Assembly (NCBI GenBank): GCA_965205015.1
Contig: OZ242029.1
Coordinates: 128,001 to 192,000 of the forward strand
Direction of reading: 5' to 3'
Length of the DNA: 64,000 nt
Origin: Candidatus Poribacteria bacterium
GTDB taxonomy: Bacteria; Poribacteria; WGA-4E; WGA-3G
This document shows, piece by piece, positions 27,709-38,184 of this stretch. The first letter of the stretch is position 1. Every line of letters begins with the position of its first letter. The notes under the pieces are model-generated. The model saw only the letters and a list, made by a program, of their open reading frames with translations. It had not been told where the DNA came from and ran no database searches. The position numbers and the translations under genes were made by a program.

Positions 27709-30700
27709 ATGAAAAACTGGAAAATTCTTATCACATTCGTTTCTTTGTTGCCCCTCATTCTGGGCAATTTTTACAGTGCTACGGCGCAAGACAATCTCGC
27801 ACAGCAGGCGTATGCAATCTTTGAGCGAAATTGTCTCAACTGCCACGGTGAACACGGCGCATTTACTGAAGAAATCATTATTGATCACACCGCACTCATA
27901 GAAACCGGGGCAGTTGTTCCCGGGAAACCTATTGAATCTGAACTCTATAGGCGACTCCTCACAAACGATCCCGCCAAACGGATGCCGTTGGGTCAACCGA
28001 AACTTCCCGATGCTGCAATTCGGACGATTGGCAATTGGATTCAAGCAGGGGCACCGAGTTGGGAAAGCCAGTCTGAAACAGCCGGTCCCTTCATTACACC
28101 TAAAGAAATGCTTGAAACGATTGAGAAGCACCTCAACTCACTTTCGTCTTTTGCTCGTCCTTTCGGACGCTATTTTACATTGACACATCTCTATAACGCT
28201 GGTGAGACGACGGAGGCACTCCATGCCTATCAACGCGCACTCTCGAAACTCGTGAACAGTCTCTCATGGGGACGCACTATTAAAATCCCACAACCCATTG
28301 ATTCAGAAGAAACAATCTTCTATATTGATCTTCGAGACTACGAATGGGAGATCGGACCCAACCGATGGACGTTGATTGAGAAGGAATATCCTTATGAGAT
28401 TGAATTCAACGCGCCAACACAGACAGTACTTCGTGAAAAACTGACAAACCTGCGGGAAGCGATGGAGTGCGAAGTGCCGTTTGTTCACGTCGACTGGTTT
28501 CTTGCGACTGCATCTTTACCACCGCTCTACCACGATATTCTCGGTCTCCCAGAAACGGATCGGGAGTTGGAAGCACGGCTTGAGGTGAATGTGATCGAAA
28601 ATATTCGAAATGCTGCGGGTAAGCGCGTCTGGCGTGCGGGTTTCAACAACTCTGGCGTGTCGAATCACAACCGCGTTGTTGAGCGTCATGATTCGCGATA
28701 CGGGGCATATTGGAAAAGTTATGATTTTGCGGGCAGTAAAGGGACACAGAATGTCCTTACACATCCGTTGTCTTTCACGCATGACGGTGGCGAAATTATT
28801 TTCAACCTTCCCAACGGCTTGCAGGCATATCTGTTGGTGGACGCTGGCGGCAGACGACTTGATGAAGCACCGATAGACATCGTTTCCAATCCGGCTGCGA
28901 GCGATCCAACTGTCCGCAATGGACTTTCCTGTATCGGATGCCACACTGAGGGAATGAAAGATTTTGAAGATCAGGTGCGTGATGTTGTTCAGAAGACCCC
29001 GAACCCACCGTTTAACAAAGACCGGGCATTGCAACTCTATACGGACAAAGGGACGATGGATACGCTTGTGGCAGAGGATACTACTCGCTACAAGCAGGCA
29101 CTTGAAACAGCAGGCGGTGTATTTGGCGGTATTGAACCCGTTCAGCGGTTCCACGAGGCGTTTCAGAGACCCGTTGATGCGGCGTATACTGCTGCCGCCG
29201 TTGGGTTGAAAACCGAGCCGTTTCTGAAAAAGATTCGTGCGAACGCGAGTTTACAAAACTTAGGGTTATTGGTGTTAGAGAACGATACGATGAAACGGGA
29301 CACATGGACGAATCAGTTTAGTGAAGTCGTTTTTGCGCTGGACTTCCCAGCGAAAAGTGCTGTAACACCGGTTGATCCGCAGGCGGAACGCATCCCTGGT
29401 GCATCTGTTTACATTCCCGATCCGAACCTGTACGCAGCAATTGCTAAGGCACTTGGCAAAACACCTCGTGCTGTGATAACGACAGAAGATATGGAGACAT
29501 TGGTGTCTCTTAAGGCAGCTGATCGAGGCATTCATGATCTGACAGGACTGGAAACGGCAAAACATCTGGAAGAGTTGGAGCTTCAGAACAATCCGATATC
29601 CGACCTATCGTCGCTTGCCGGATTAACCAAACTCAAGGGCATAAATTTGAGAAATAGTTCAATTTCCGATTTATCTTCTCTCGCAGAACTGATAACCCTA
29701 AAGGAGGTACGATTTTCAAGCAAGGCGATAGTCGATCTGTCGCCCCTTGCAGGTTTAGTTAATTTAGAAGGTATAGGCGCCTGGAACACCTCTATATCAG
29801 ATGTTTCGCCACTGACAGGATTAACACAACTTCAATGGTTAGAGTTACAAGGATCCCCAATATCAGATTTCTCACCCCTAGCGAAACTCACAAATTTGAG
29901 AAAACTGAAAATGTATGCTGCCAAGACATCTGATCTCTCACCTTTAAAAGGATTAACGGGTTTGAAAACTCTGACAATTGGTGTCAGCAAGATATCAGAC
30001 GTTTCTTCACTTGCAGGACTGATTAATTTGGAGGTGCTCGCACTGTTCGGTAGTGGTCGTATATCAGACATCTCGCCACTTGCATCTTTAAAAAACCTTA
30101 AGGTGTTAGACCTACATACCAACAGCATATCGGACGTATCCCCCCTTGCAGGTTTGCGAAACTTAGAAGAGTTATACCTCCATCGGAACAACATATCAGA
30201 CATCTCACCTTTGGATGGGTTACGCGAGAATACACAACTCGTTTGGTTTGGCAACCCGGGTTTCTCTCAGGGCGGTCCGAAAATAGAGGGACCTTGGCTA
30301 TGGATGTTTGTTCAAGGCGCCTATTTGCCTAACAGTATAGATTATCTCTCACAGGCGAGCGACGGTGCTGTAACAGAATTGGAGGTTGCTACCCATGGTG
30401 CGACGGAGGGACATCGAGTCGGAGAACACGTATGGACATCGCACAAAATCTCCCCTGCCCCTACGGTCAGACCCGACGTTAACGCATTACTCAGTGATAT
30501 TGGTATATCAAAAGATCATAAAAGACGGGATGGCATTTATGGTGCCCTCGTCTTGAATTCACCGCGTGAACAACAGACAAGGATGTTTGCTGGAAGCAAT
30601 CACCGCCACAAGGTTTGGCTCAATGGGGAGTTCATTCACGAAAACTTGGGTCTGTGGGCTGCAGATTATCAAGATTACTTTCCTGTCACGCTGAAGCAGG

Positions 30701-31845
30701 GAATAAATGTGTTGTTAGTTGCGGTCGATTTCAATGGTGACGGATGGGGTGCCTATTTTGGATTTGACGCTGACACAGAGTATACAGTCGTATCCCCTGG
30801 CACCGGCTTCACGTTTTCAACCGATGCAACCAGTGTCCGTGTTGGCAATACGTTTACGCTCCGTATCAATGCAGAAAAGGTCACAGATTTATCTGGGTGG
30901 CAATTTGATTTGACTTTTGATCCAGATGTACTTGAAGCGGTTAAGGTGAACGAGGGTGATTTTCTAAAGAAAGGCGGTGGAACGACCTTCTTTCAGCGGG
31001 GCACGGTCAATAACGCCACGGGGAAAATATCAGGCATAAGTGCAGCATTGATTTCCGATAGCGGTGTCACCGGCACTGGAACACTGTTGTCAGTGATATT
31101 TAAGGCAAAGACAGATGGGAATAGTCAAATGGCACTTCATAACTTTCAACTGGGTTCCAGTACTGGCGAAACCATTCCTGCTGATGTGAACGATTTTACC
31201 ATCACTGTGATATCTAAACCAAAGTGGGATGTCAATGCCGACGGACAGGTAAGCGTTCTGGATCTGATTCTGGTGGCACGTCATTTTGGCGAAAAAGCAT
31301 CTGCCAACTCCAAAATTGACGTGAACAATGATGGGATTATCAGCATTTTAGATCTCATCGCTGTAGCACAGCACATGGGTGAATCAACAGCTTCAGCTTC
31401 GCCTTCTACTCTTGCTATGAATAGCATGGACGAATTGAATCCTGTGATGATACAGGCATGGATCGAACAGGCACACGTTGAAGACGACGGCTCCATTGCC
31501 TTCCGAGAGGGTATCGCTTTCCTGCAAGGTCTTTTAGCAATGTTGATTCCAGACGAAACAGCCCTGCTTCCGAACTATCCGAACCCGTTCAACCCAGAGA
31601 CGTGGATACCGTATCACTTGGCAAATCCGAGTGAAGTGACAATCACTATCTATGATATGCGGGGGACCATTGTCCGCCAACTCGATCTCGGTCATCAACC
31701 ACAAGGCTACTACACAAGTCAGAGTCGCGCCGCCTATTGGGACGGCAGAAACACTGTCGGCGAACGCGTTGCAAGTGGTATCTATTTCTACACCCTCACT
31801 GCTGGCGACTTCACAGCGACGCGGAAATTGCTCATACGGAAATAG
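27709..31845 (+). CDS. secreted protein: planctomycete-type cytochrome c + second haem domain + LRR + cohesin + dockerin + FlgD-Ig/T9SS-like C-terminal domain
   Basis: CLNCH...MP and CIGCH haem motifs; LRRs; cohesin-like LSGWQFDLTFDPDVLEA...GTGTLLSVIF; two DVNxDG..S.LDL repeats; PNYPNPFNPETWIPY. Confidence 0.88.
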   Translation: MKNWKILITFVSLLPLILGNFYSATAQDNLAQQAYAIFERNCLNCHGEHGAFTEEIIIDHTALIETGAVVPGKPIESELYRRLLTNDPAKRMPLGQPKLPDAAIRTIGNWIQAGAPSWESQSETAGPFITPKEMLETIEKHLNSLSSFARPFGRYFTLTHLYNAGETTEALHAYQRALSKLVNSLSWGRTIKIPQPIDSEETIFYIDLRDYEWEIGPNRWTLIEKEYPYEIEFNAPTQTVLREKLTNLREAMECEVPFVHVDWFLATASLPPLYHDILGLPETDRELEARLEVNVIENIRNAAGKRVWRAGFNNSGVSNHNRVVERHDSRYGAYWKSYDFAGSKGTQNVLTHPLSFTHDGGEIIFNLPNGLQAYLLVDAGGRRLDEAPIDIVSNPAASDPTVRNGLSCIGCHTEGMKDFEDQVRDVVQKTPNPPFNKDRALQLYTDKGTMDTLVAEDTTRYKQALETAGGVFGGIEPVQRFHEAFQRPVDAAYTAAAVGLKTEPFLKKIRANASLQNLGLLVLENDTMKRDTWTNQFSEVVFALDFPAKSAVTPVDPQAERIPGASVYIPDPNLYAAIAKALGKTPRAVITTEDMETLVSLKAADRGIHDLTGLETAKHLEELELQNNPISDLSSLAGLTKLKGINLRNSSISDLSSLAELITLKEVRFSSKAIVDLSPLAGLVNLEGIGAWNTSISDVSPLTGLTQLQWLELQGSPISDFSPLAKLTNLRKLKMYAAKTSDLSPLKGLTGLKTLTIGVSKISDVSSLAGLINLEVLALFGSGRISDISPLASLKNLKVLDLHTNSISDVSPLAGLRNLEELYLHRNNISDISPLDGLRENTQLVWFGNPGFSQGGPKIEGPWLWMFVQGAYLPNSIDYLSQASDGAVTELEVATHGATEGHRVGEHVWTSHKISPAPTVRPDVNALLSDIGISKDHKRRDGIYGALVLNSPREQQTRMFAGSNHRHKVWLNGEFIHENLGLWAADYQDYFPVTLKQGINVLLVAVDFNGDGWGAYFGFDADTEYTVVSPGTGFTFSTDATSVRVGNTFTLRINAEKVTDLSGWQFDLTFDPDVLEAVKVNEGDFLKKGGGTTFFQRGTVNNATGKISGISAALISDSGVTGTGTLLSVIFKAKTDGNSQMALHNFQLGSSTGETIPADVNDFTITVISKPKWDVNADGQVSVLDLILVARHFGEKASANSKIDVNNDGIISILDLIAVAQHMGESTASASPSTLAMNSMDELNPVMIQAWIEQAHVEDDGSIAFREGIAFLQGLLAMLIPDETALLPNYPNPFNPETWIPYHLANPSEVTITIYDMRGTIVRQLDLGHQPQGYYTSQSRAAYWDGRNTVGERVASGIYFYTLTAGDFTATRKLLIRK

Positions 31846-32008
31846 TATCATATGACCATAGGATAGCTGGGATGCTGATGTTTATTAGCTTCCCAGTCAT
31901 CGCTGATGAGCAGGTTGAGTTGGATTCGTTGGCAGCTTAAGGTAAAAAATAAATCTTTTTATCGCACGAAACACATGGGATTCACCCAACGCTAAAGAAT
32001 TGGGATTG

Positions 32009-33253
32009 TTAAGAAAGTCCCTTTAAATTCCCCAACAGATTCGTTATCTCCTCATGAATCTGTTCTTCGACTGACGGCACCAACGCTAACCGATACGGAC
32101 CACTGAGCGCATGGTTCCGCGGTCCCGCTTCATAACCCGCCTTCAACCCCAACTCGTAAGCCGCTCTGGTCGCAATATAGACCTCACTCCCATTCGTATA
32201 GCCAAAAACGAAGGTGTGCGAGAACGGTGAGGTTTCGTCAGCAAAAAGTTGATATTCCGAAAAGAGTTCATGCGACACAGACAGGAAACAGAGCGCATCG
32301 CCGACCGCAAACGCGCTTATTGGGAAAGGCAAGGTCCGCTTCTCACCGCTCTTAGCGACCGCTAACAGGGCAACATAACGCTCATCGTCAGGGAATTCCT
32401 CAATCAACTGCTCACATTCCACAACCGATGGTGGATCCCGGAACGGCAAATTGACGAGTTTAGAACACGCTTTAAGGGGTGCCGCGGGAACCTCTTTCGC
32501 AGTCTTCAACGCTTGGTGCGTCGCAAACGCCAGCATGAATCCAGCGACATCGCACGCCTCAAAACCGCCTCGCAACGGATACCCATTGATGTCTGCCGCA
32601 CAACCTTGCGCGAAGAGTAAGACGCTTTTCGGCTTCAACGCCAAGAAATTGCGCAGATGTTCAACCGCATAGCCCGGGAAATCCGCACCCATCTCCTCGC
32701 TCGACCAGTGGACAATCACCGGATGCGCCGCATGAGAGAACAGCACAGCGATGATGTCTCCATTCGCGTCGTAAGCCCCTAACACGTCAACCCACGGCAC
32801 AACGGAACCCTCTGGGTTGGGTGCCATGGTAATATAACCCTCATCATTCATGATGCGCCGGTTATACCCGACTTGGACAGGCGCACGTCCGACGCGTAAG
32901 GTTGCTGGCTCAAGCGTGTCCACTGCATCCTTCACCAATTCAGCAAGACAGGTCGCCAACCATGCTTCAGATGCCTCACTCATTTCCCGTCCATCAACAC
33001 CCGGGGCGTTATGCGTATGGCTACAGTTAATGACGACATGCTCCGGCGGTATGCCCGTGGCATCCTGAATTGCTTTAAGCAGCACTTTGTTGTACTGAAG
33101 TGAAAACTGTCCATAATCCGCTGTCACAATAGCGAGTTGTTTCTCACCATCGGCAAGTACCAAGACGCGCGCATACAATTCAGCATAAACATCGGGTCTG
33201 TCTTTAATGGAGGTAATGACAGTTTCTGCGGCACCTGCCATAAGGATAGTCAT
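32009..33253 (-). CDS. neutral/alkaline ceramidase-like hydrolase
   Basis: LYARVLVL, CSHTHNAP, YNRR, AAHP, ADFPG, QGCAADIN, FGYTNG..YI. Confidence 0.75.
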   Translation of the reverse strand: MTILMAGAAETVITSIKDRPDVYAELYARVLVLADGEKQLAIVTADYGQFSLQYNKVLLKAIQDATGIPPEHVVINCSHTHNAPGVDGREMSEASEAWLATCLAELVKDAVDTLEPATLRVGRAPVQVGYNRRIMNDEGYITMAPNPEGSVVPWVDVLGAYDANGDIIAVLFSHAAHPVIVHWSSEEMGADFPGYAVEHLRNFLALKPKSVLLFAQGCAADINGYPLRGGFEACDVAGFMLAFATHQALKTAKEVPAAPLKACSKLVNLPFRDPPSVVECEQLIEEFPDDERYVALLAVAKSGEKRTLPFPISAFAVGDALCFLSVSHELFSEYQLFADETSPFSHTFVFGYTNGSEVYIATRAAYELGLKAGYEAGPRNHALSGPYRLALVPSVEEQIHEEITNLLGNLKGLS

Positions 33254-33319
33254 AAGAAGTCTCCTGGTTTCGTCCGCTACAAGCGGTAAAGGACAAGGGT
33301 ACGGGGCGCGTGCCTACCA

Positions 33320-34378
33320 CTATGTCAAATCCGCCAATTGTGGCATTACCTCATTCTTGAGGAGCGTCATCGAGTTCAACCACTGTTCCCTCGGTTCCCA
33401 CTCATGTCCCATGGCGAGCAAGACCCCAAAACCGCCGACCTCCTCATAGAGTTCACGTAAACGGTTCGCAACGTGATCCGGACTCCCAACAATCCACAAG
33501 GTATCTAACAAATGTTCAAGGGTCATGTCGGCATCGTCCATATCTGGATCGGGCTTGAAGTTCCCAGGGCTAAATAGGTTGAACCAATAGTCCCTAAAAT
33601 CGCGTCCAAGTGTACCTTCAAGTGCCTCTTTTCTCGCCTGTTCGGTGGTATCCGCAACGTAGACCTCACGGGCGATACGCCATGTCGAACGAGACGGCGA
33701 CAACCCAGCCTTTTCTGCCCCCTCTTCGACCGCGTCCCAGTGGGTTTTAATCACAGGAACATGCGCCAGATTAATACTCATCGGGATCCAACCGCGCTCA
33801 CCCGCAAGAACGAGCGTGTCGGATTTAGGGGACGATCCCGCCATTGCGATCGGGGGATGCGGTTTCTGGTAAGGCTTCATGTGGACACTGACGATATTCG
33901 GACGATCTTGGGGAATTTTAAATTCCCAGAAATCGCTTTTGTAATGTCCAGGCTCTGGATCTGTCCAAATCTTGAGTACGGCTTCAATCCCTTCCCGGGT
34001 CGACTGCCGTCTGTCCCCGTCCGCCAAGAACATCTCCGCATCGCTCGGCGTGGAACTCGACCCAACGCCCCAATGAAAGCGTCCGTGCGTTTGATGATCC
34101 AACTGTGCTATCCGATGCGCGACAACGGCGGGATTGTGTATCGGCATACAGGTAATCCCAGTGCCGAAGACGATGTTCTCCGTCATCGCAGCCGCTTTCG
34201 CAATAAAAAGGTCTGGAGACGGAATATTCTCCCACGTAAACGTAAAATGCTCACCAACATAAGCTTCTTTATAGCCCAACTCGTCCAGAACCACCATTTG
34301 CTCAATATCATGATCGAGCGTCTGGGTGGTGTCACTGCCGGGTGGATGCAAAGGCATTGTGAAAAAACCGAGTTCCAT
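33320..34378 (-). CDS. LLM class flavin-dependent monooxygenase
   Basis: GFFTMPLHPP, LGYKEAYVGEH, HNPAVVAHRIAQLDH, PYQKPHPPI, VGSPDHV. Confidence 0.9.
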   Translation of the reverse strand: MELGFFTMPLHPPGSDTTQTLDHDIEQMVVLDELGYKEAYVGEHFTFTWENIPSPDLFIAKAAAMTENIVFGTGITCMPIHNPAVVAHRIAQLDHQTHGRFHWGVGSSSTPSDAEMFLADGDRRQSTREGIEAVLKIWTDPEPGHYKSDFWEFKIPQDRPNIVSVHMKPYQKPHPPIAMAGSSPKSDTLVLAGERGWIPMSINLAHVPVIKTHWDAVEEGAEKAGLSPSRSTWRIAREVYVADTTEQARKEALEGTLGRDFRDYWFNLFSPGNFKPDPDMDDADMTLEHLLDTLWIVGSPDHVANRLRELYEEVGGFGVLLAMGHEWEPREQWLNSMTLLKNEVMPQLADLT

Positions 34379-34711
34379 ATTTTTTATTTTCCTTGCGGAG
34401 CAGTAACGGCAATTTGAACTTTGACGGTTTTCGCGTTAGAATCGCCTGCGCCGTTGTTGCAGGCTGCGCGCTTTGGATTACTTTTTCTATCGTAAAGGCG
34501 CGGTCCCATCGCTTACGACGATAATTCCAATGTTAGCCACCGCCACAAACGCCCGACCACCCCTTAACCTTAATAGATATGTTTCCGTATGTTTCAAAAC
34601 TTGACAAAATCCGTAGTGTCTGTTATTGTTTTTGTTGGGTAAGAGATTACCATAAACCCAAATATTTTTCAAACATTTTCTATTTTTCGTCAAAAGGAGA
34701 AATACCGCATT

Positions 34712-35905
34712 ATGCGTGTGAGAATTTTCGTTTTAACCTCGGTTCTTCTATCCGCGCTTCTAAGCATTTATCTATTCGGGTGCGACCGTGTCAGCCAGAT
34801 CGTTCAGCCCGACGCGACTCCCACTTCGACCGAAACAACATTAAAAATTGGCGTAATTCAGCCATCAAACACCTTTACCACCTTTAGTCAAGGTGCTGAA
34901 ACCGCCCGTGTTCAGATGAATGAAATGGGTGGCGTGCTCGGTATGCAAGTAGAATTTATCAGTCGAAATAACCAACCCGTAGCAACTGAATCCCCAACAC
35001 CCGAGGCCAGTGTTAAGGCAGCGCAGGAACTGATTGAGATGGAAGATGTTTTCGCACTCTTGGGTCCCGTTTACTCCAGTAATTCCGTCAAGGTCGGTCC
35101 GATCGCGCAACACGCACAGCGGCTCATGCTTCCCGGTTCCAGTGGTGCGAATGTACCAGCAGCAGGAGATCACGTCTTTTTAATCACCGTTCCTAACCCA
35201 TTCCAAGGAAAAGTGATGGCGAGTTTCGCGATGAACCCTGATGAACTCGGTGCCAAAACAGCAGCGACAATTATTGAGGAAGGCGATGTCTACACCACCG
35301 ATCTCGTCAAGGCGTTTGAGGCAGCTTTTCAGGAAATCGGGGGGGAAATTGTCTATAGCGGTGCCTATACCGTAGGTGACACCACCTTTACTGCACTGCT
35401 CACAGAGATCCACACCGTTCAACCCGATGTCATCTTCTGTCCCGGCTTTCAGCCAGAAGTACCCTCGTTAATAAGCGAAGCACGCGAAATCGGTATCACA
35501 GGCACCTTTCTCGGTGGTAGCGCGTGGGATGACCGCGAACGATTCCTCAGTATCTTAGCGGATAACACCGTGTTAGATGGCAGTTATTATCCGACGAATT
35601 TCTCCGTAGCGACACAGGACGCAGATGTTCAAGAATTTGTAGGGAGTTACACGGCACTGTTTGAGAGTCCACCCGATGGCATTGCCGCGTCCGGTTACGA
35701 TGCGATGCGACTCCTGGCACGCGCAATAGAAACAGCCGGTTCACTGGATCGAGTTGCGGTTCGCGACGCCTTCGCGGCAGTCAGCGATTACAAAGGGGCC
35801 ACAACCATTTCGCATTACGACGAAAACCGTCATCCCGTCAAAAGCCTCACGCTCCAAACAATCCGCGGCGGACAGGTAGAACACTACAAGGTTATAGAAC
35901 CGTAA
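34712..35905 (+). CDS. branched-chain amino acid-type ABC substrate-binding lipoprotein
   Basis: Lipobox LFGC; GGVLG, LGPVYS, PDVIF, GYDAM; no permease genes adjacent. Confidence 0.88.
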   Translation: MRVRIFVLTSVLLSALLSIYLFGCDRVSQIVQPDATPTSTETTLKIGVIQPSNTFTTFSQGAETARVQMNEMGGVLGMQVEFISRNNQPVATESPTPEASVKAAQELIEMEDVFALLGPVYSSNSVKVGPIAQHAQRLMLPGSSGANVPAAGDHVFLITVPNPFQGKVMASFAMNPDELGAKTAATIIEEGDVYTTDLVKAFEAAFQEIGGEIVYSGAYTVGDTTFTALLTEIHTVQPDVIFCPGFQPEVPSLISEAREIGITGTFLGGSAWDDRERFLSILADNTVLDGSYYPTNFSVATQDADVQEFVGSYTALFESPPDGIAASGYDAMRLLARAIETAGSLDRVAVRDAFAAVSDYKGATTISHYDENRHPVKSLTLQTIRGGQVEHYKVIEP

Positions 35906-35920
35906 CATATAACAAATACA

Positions 35921-36700
35921 ATGCGACAGATGAATCCTACGCGTCCCAAGGCTTTCCTGATTGACATGGACGGAACGCTCTATTTTAAGGGCAAACCGTG
36001 TCCCGGCGCAATTGAAGCCGTTAATGACCTACGTCAGGAGAAATATCAACTCCGATTTCTGACGAACACGACTGCAAAAACCCCAAAGATGCTACACGCG
36101 CAGCTGCGAGATTTGGGGTTTGACATCTATGAAGATGAGATTTTTAATGCGACTTACGCGTGTCTCCTCTACTTACGCACCCAGTCTGAGGCACGTTGCC
36201 ACTTTATGGTGGATGATGCCGTCAAAGCATATTTCAAGGAGATACCTGTAGACGATCATGCCCCCGATTTCGTGGTTGTTGGGGATTACGGTGAAGGGTT
36301 TGATTTTCACACTTTAAATCACGCTTTTCGTCTATTGATAGACGGCGCGGAACTTATCGCGTTACAGAAAGGACTCTACTGGTTCTCTCCCGAAGGGATA
36401 CGCTTGGACTGTGGTGCGTTCGTGACGCTTCTGGAGGCTGCAGCGGGCAAAACCGCGACAATCATGGGCAAGCCGAGCGAGACGTTCTTCAAAACCGTGC
36501 TGGGGAATCTTCGACTCGCGCCAAAGGATGTAGTCGTGGTAGGCGATGATATTACCACCGACATCGTCGGGGCGGAAAGAATGGAGATGCGGAGCGTCCT
36601 CGTGAAGACTGGGAAGTTTAAACCCGAGCAATTGGAAAATCCTGTCGCGAAACCAACATGGGTGCTTGAGAGTGTTTCGGCGTTAGCACAACTTTTTTAA
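35921..36700 (+). CDS. HAD subfamily IIA hydrolase (LHPP-like)
   Basis: DMDGTL, FLTN, GKP, VGDDITTDI, VKTGK. Confidence 0.9.
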   Translation: MRQMNPTRPKAFLIDMDGTLYFKGKPCPGAIEAVNDLRQEKYQLRFLTNTTAKTPKMLHAQLRDLGFDIYEDEIFNATYACLLYLRTQSEARCHFMVDDAVKAYFKEIPVDDHAPDFVVVGDYGEGFDFHTLNHAFRLLIDGAELIALQKGLYWFSPEGIRLDCGAFVTLLEAAAGKTATIMGKPSETFFKTVLGNLRLAPKDVVVVGDDITTDIVGAERMEMRSVLVKTGKFKPEQLENPVAKPTWVLESVSALAQLF

Positions 36701-36726
36701 CCAAAGTGTTTGGAACTACAAGATAG

Positions 36727-36987
36727 ATGAGTAACCACCAAAGTAGAATTAAAATCTTCTACGACCGAGAGGTTGATGTCCTCTATGTAACACGGGGCAA
36801 CCCTGAATACACAGACTACATTGAATACGCGGAGGATATTATACTACGTTTCCATCCAGAAACAAAGGAGTTAGTGGGATTCACGCTCATTGATTTTTCA
36901 CGGCATTTTGCTAACAAAGAATCGGACATCTCACTTCCCTTTAATATTGATTTTCACATGTCTGATACAGTAGATATATCCTATTAA
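36727..36987 (+). CDS. DUF2283-like small protein
   Basis: YDREVDVLY...DIILR...LVGFTL. Confidence 0.7.
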   Translation: MSNHQSRIKIFYDREVDVLYVTRGNPEYTDYIEYAEDIILRFHPETKELVGFTLIDFSRHFANKESDISLPFNIDFHMSDTVDISY

Positions 36988-37023
36988 AAATCGCTTCCAC
37001 AGAAGAAGTAGAGGTGCTTTTTT

Positions 37024-38067
37024 ATGGCAAACCAACTTATTCAACTCGGCGTCGTTGGATGTGGATGGGCAGGCTGTCGAGCGATCGAAGCCGCCAATGC
37101 CACCTCTCGACTGAACGTTATTGCAATCGCGGAACGCGATCCGACCCGTCGTGAACAAGCAGGTGATGACAACGCCGTACCTCACCGCTATGCCAACTAT
37201 CGCGAACTCCTTGACAACCCCGATGTCGAAGCCGTCTATCTCGCCACGTCCCCAGATGGCAGGCTGCAGCAGGTGCTGGATACGCTCAATGCAGGGAAGC
37301 ACGTCTTAGTCCAAAAACCGCACGCAATCCGCGCCCCTGAAATCTTAGAGATGGAAACAGCTGCACAACACGCAGGGAAAACGCTCCAATTCTGCTACTT
37401 TATGCGTCACTTCCCGAACAACCGTAAGATTCGGCGCGCTGTGCTGAACGGTGCGATTGGGGACCTGTATCACGCCCGCATCTTCGGGAAATACAACTTT
37501 ATCCCAGACCTTGATGCCAACAGTCGATGGCTACACGTCTACGGACAGAAAGGCGGTTCGTTAGGGCAACACTATTCGCACGAACTCAACCTCACGTGGT
37601 GGTGGATGGGATGCCCGAAACCCGAGTGGGCGTTTGCTGCGAAGCACGTGCTGTATCCGCAATATGACGGACCAGAGGGAGCGGCAGAGGACTATTTCAC
37701 CGGCATCCTCGGATGCGAAGGCGGAAAAACCATCCAGATCGATTGTTCCCGGATGAGCCACTCCGATTCCGCCAGCGTTGTGGAACTCTACGGCACCACC
37801 GGGGCAATCACGAACGGTGGCATCGCCCGATTTAAAGATGGCGAATTCGCCCGAGAAACCGTTGATGCCCCCCTCGACATCGATCACGGTGAACTCCCCG
37901 AAGAGGTCCATGTTTTCTATTACGAACTCAACCACTTCGCCATGGCAATCGCAGGCGAGGTCGCGCCGGATGTCTCTGCCCCCGATGCGTATACCTTCAT
38001 GCAAATCTTGGACGCGTTTTACGACAGCGCGAAAAGCGGTGAAAAAGTTTACATCGCCTCGGAGTAG
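37024..38067 (+). CDS. Gfo/Idh/MocA family oxidoreductase
   Basis: GVVGCGWAG, AGKHVLVQKP, GGSL...H. Confidence 0.9.
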   Translation: MANQLIQLGVVGCGWAGCRAIEAANATSRLNVIAIAERDPTRREQAGDDNAVPHRYANYRELLDNPDVEAVYLATSPDGRLQQVLDTLNAGKHVLVQKPHAIRAPEILEMETAAQHAGKTLQFCYFMRHFPNNRKIRRAVLNGAIGDLYHARIFGKYNFIPDLDANSRWLHVYGQKGGSLGQHYSHELNLTWWWMGCPKPEWAFAAKHVLYPQYDGPEGAAEDYFTGILGCEGGKTIQIDCSRMSHSDSASVVELYGTTGAITNGGIARFKDGEFARETVDAPLDIDHGELPEEVHVFYYELNHFAMAIAGEVAPDVSAPDAYTFMQILDAFYDSAKSGEKVYIASE

Positions 38068-38085
38068 CAATCCCTGAAATAACGT

Positions 38086-38114
38086 TTGACAAAAACCGCC
38101 TCTATTGTTAATCT
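38086..38114 (+). promoter_or_regulatory. sigma70-type promoter of the oxidoreductase array
   Basis: TTGACA-17 nt-TAATCT. Confidence 0.55.
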
Positions 38115-38184
38115 GATACAATCTATTATTTTCTATAATCTACGGCTTCGATCTTTCCGATCATGGACACCTATGGAGACACCC

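Noticed and set aside
27166-31790. CTD repeat pair as a DGR template/variable repeat
   Set aside because: Mismatches are not adenine-specific (C/T and C/G changes occur), both copies are coding, and there is no reverse transcriptase in the window.
33740-34417. Long antisense or alternative-frame ORFs (e.g. 33740+, 22356-, 28516-, 40769-, 62968-)
   Set aside because: They are shadows of well-supported genes on the opposite strand and have no recognisable motifs.
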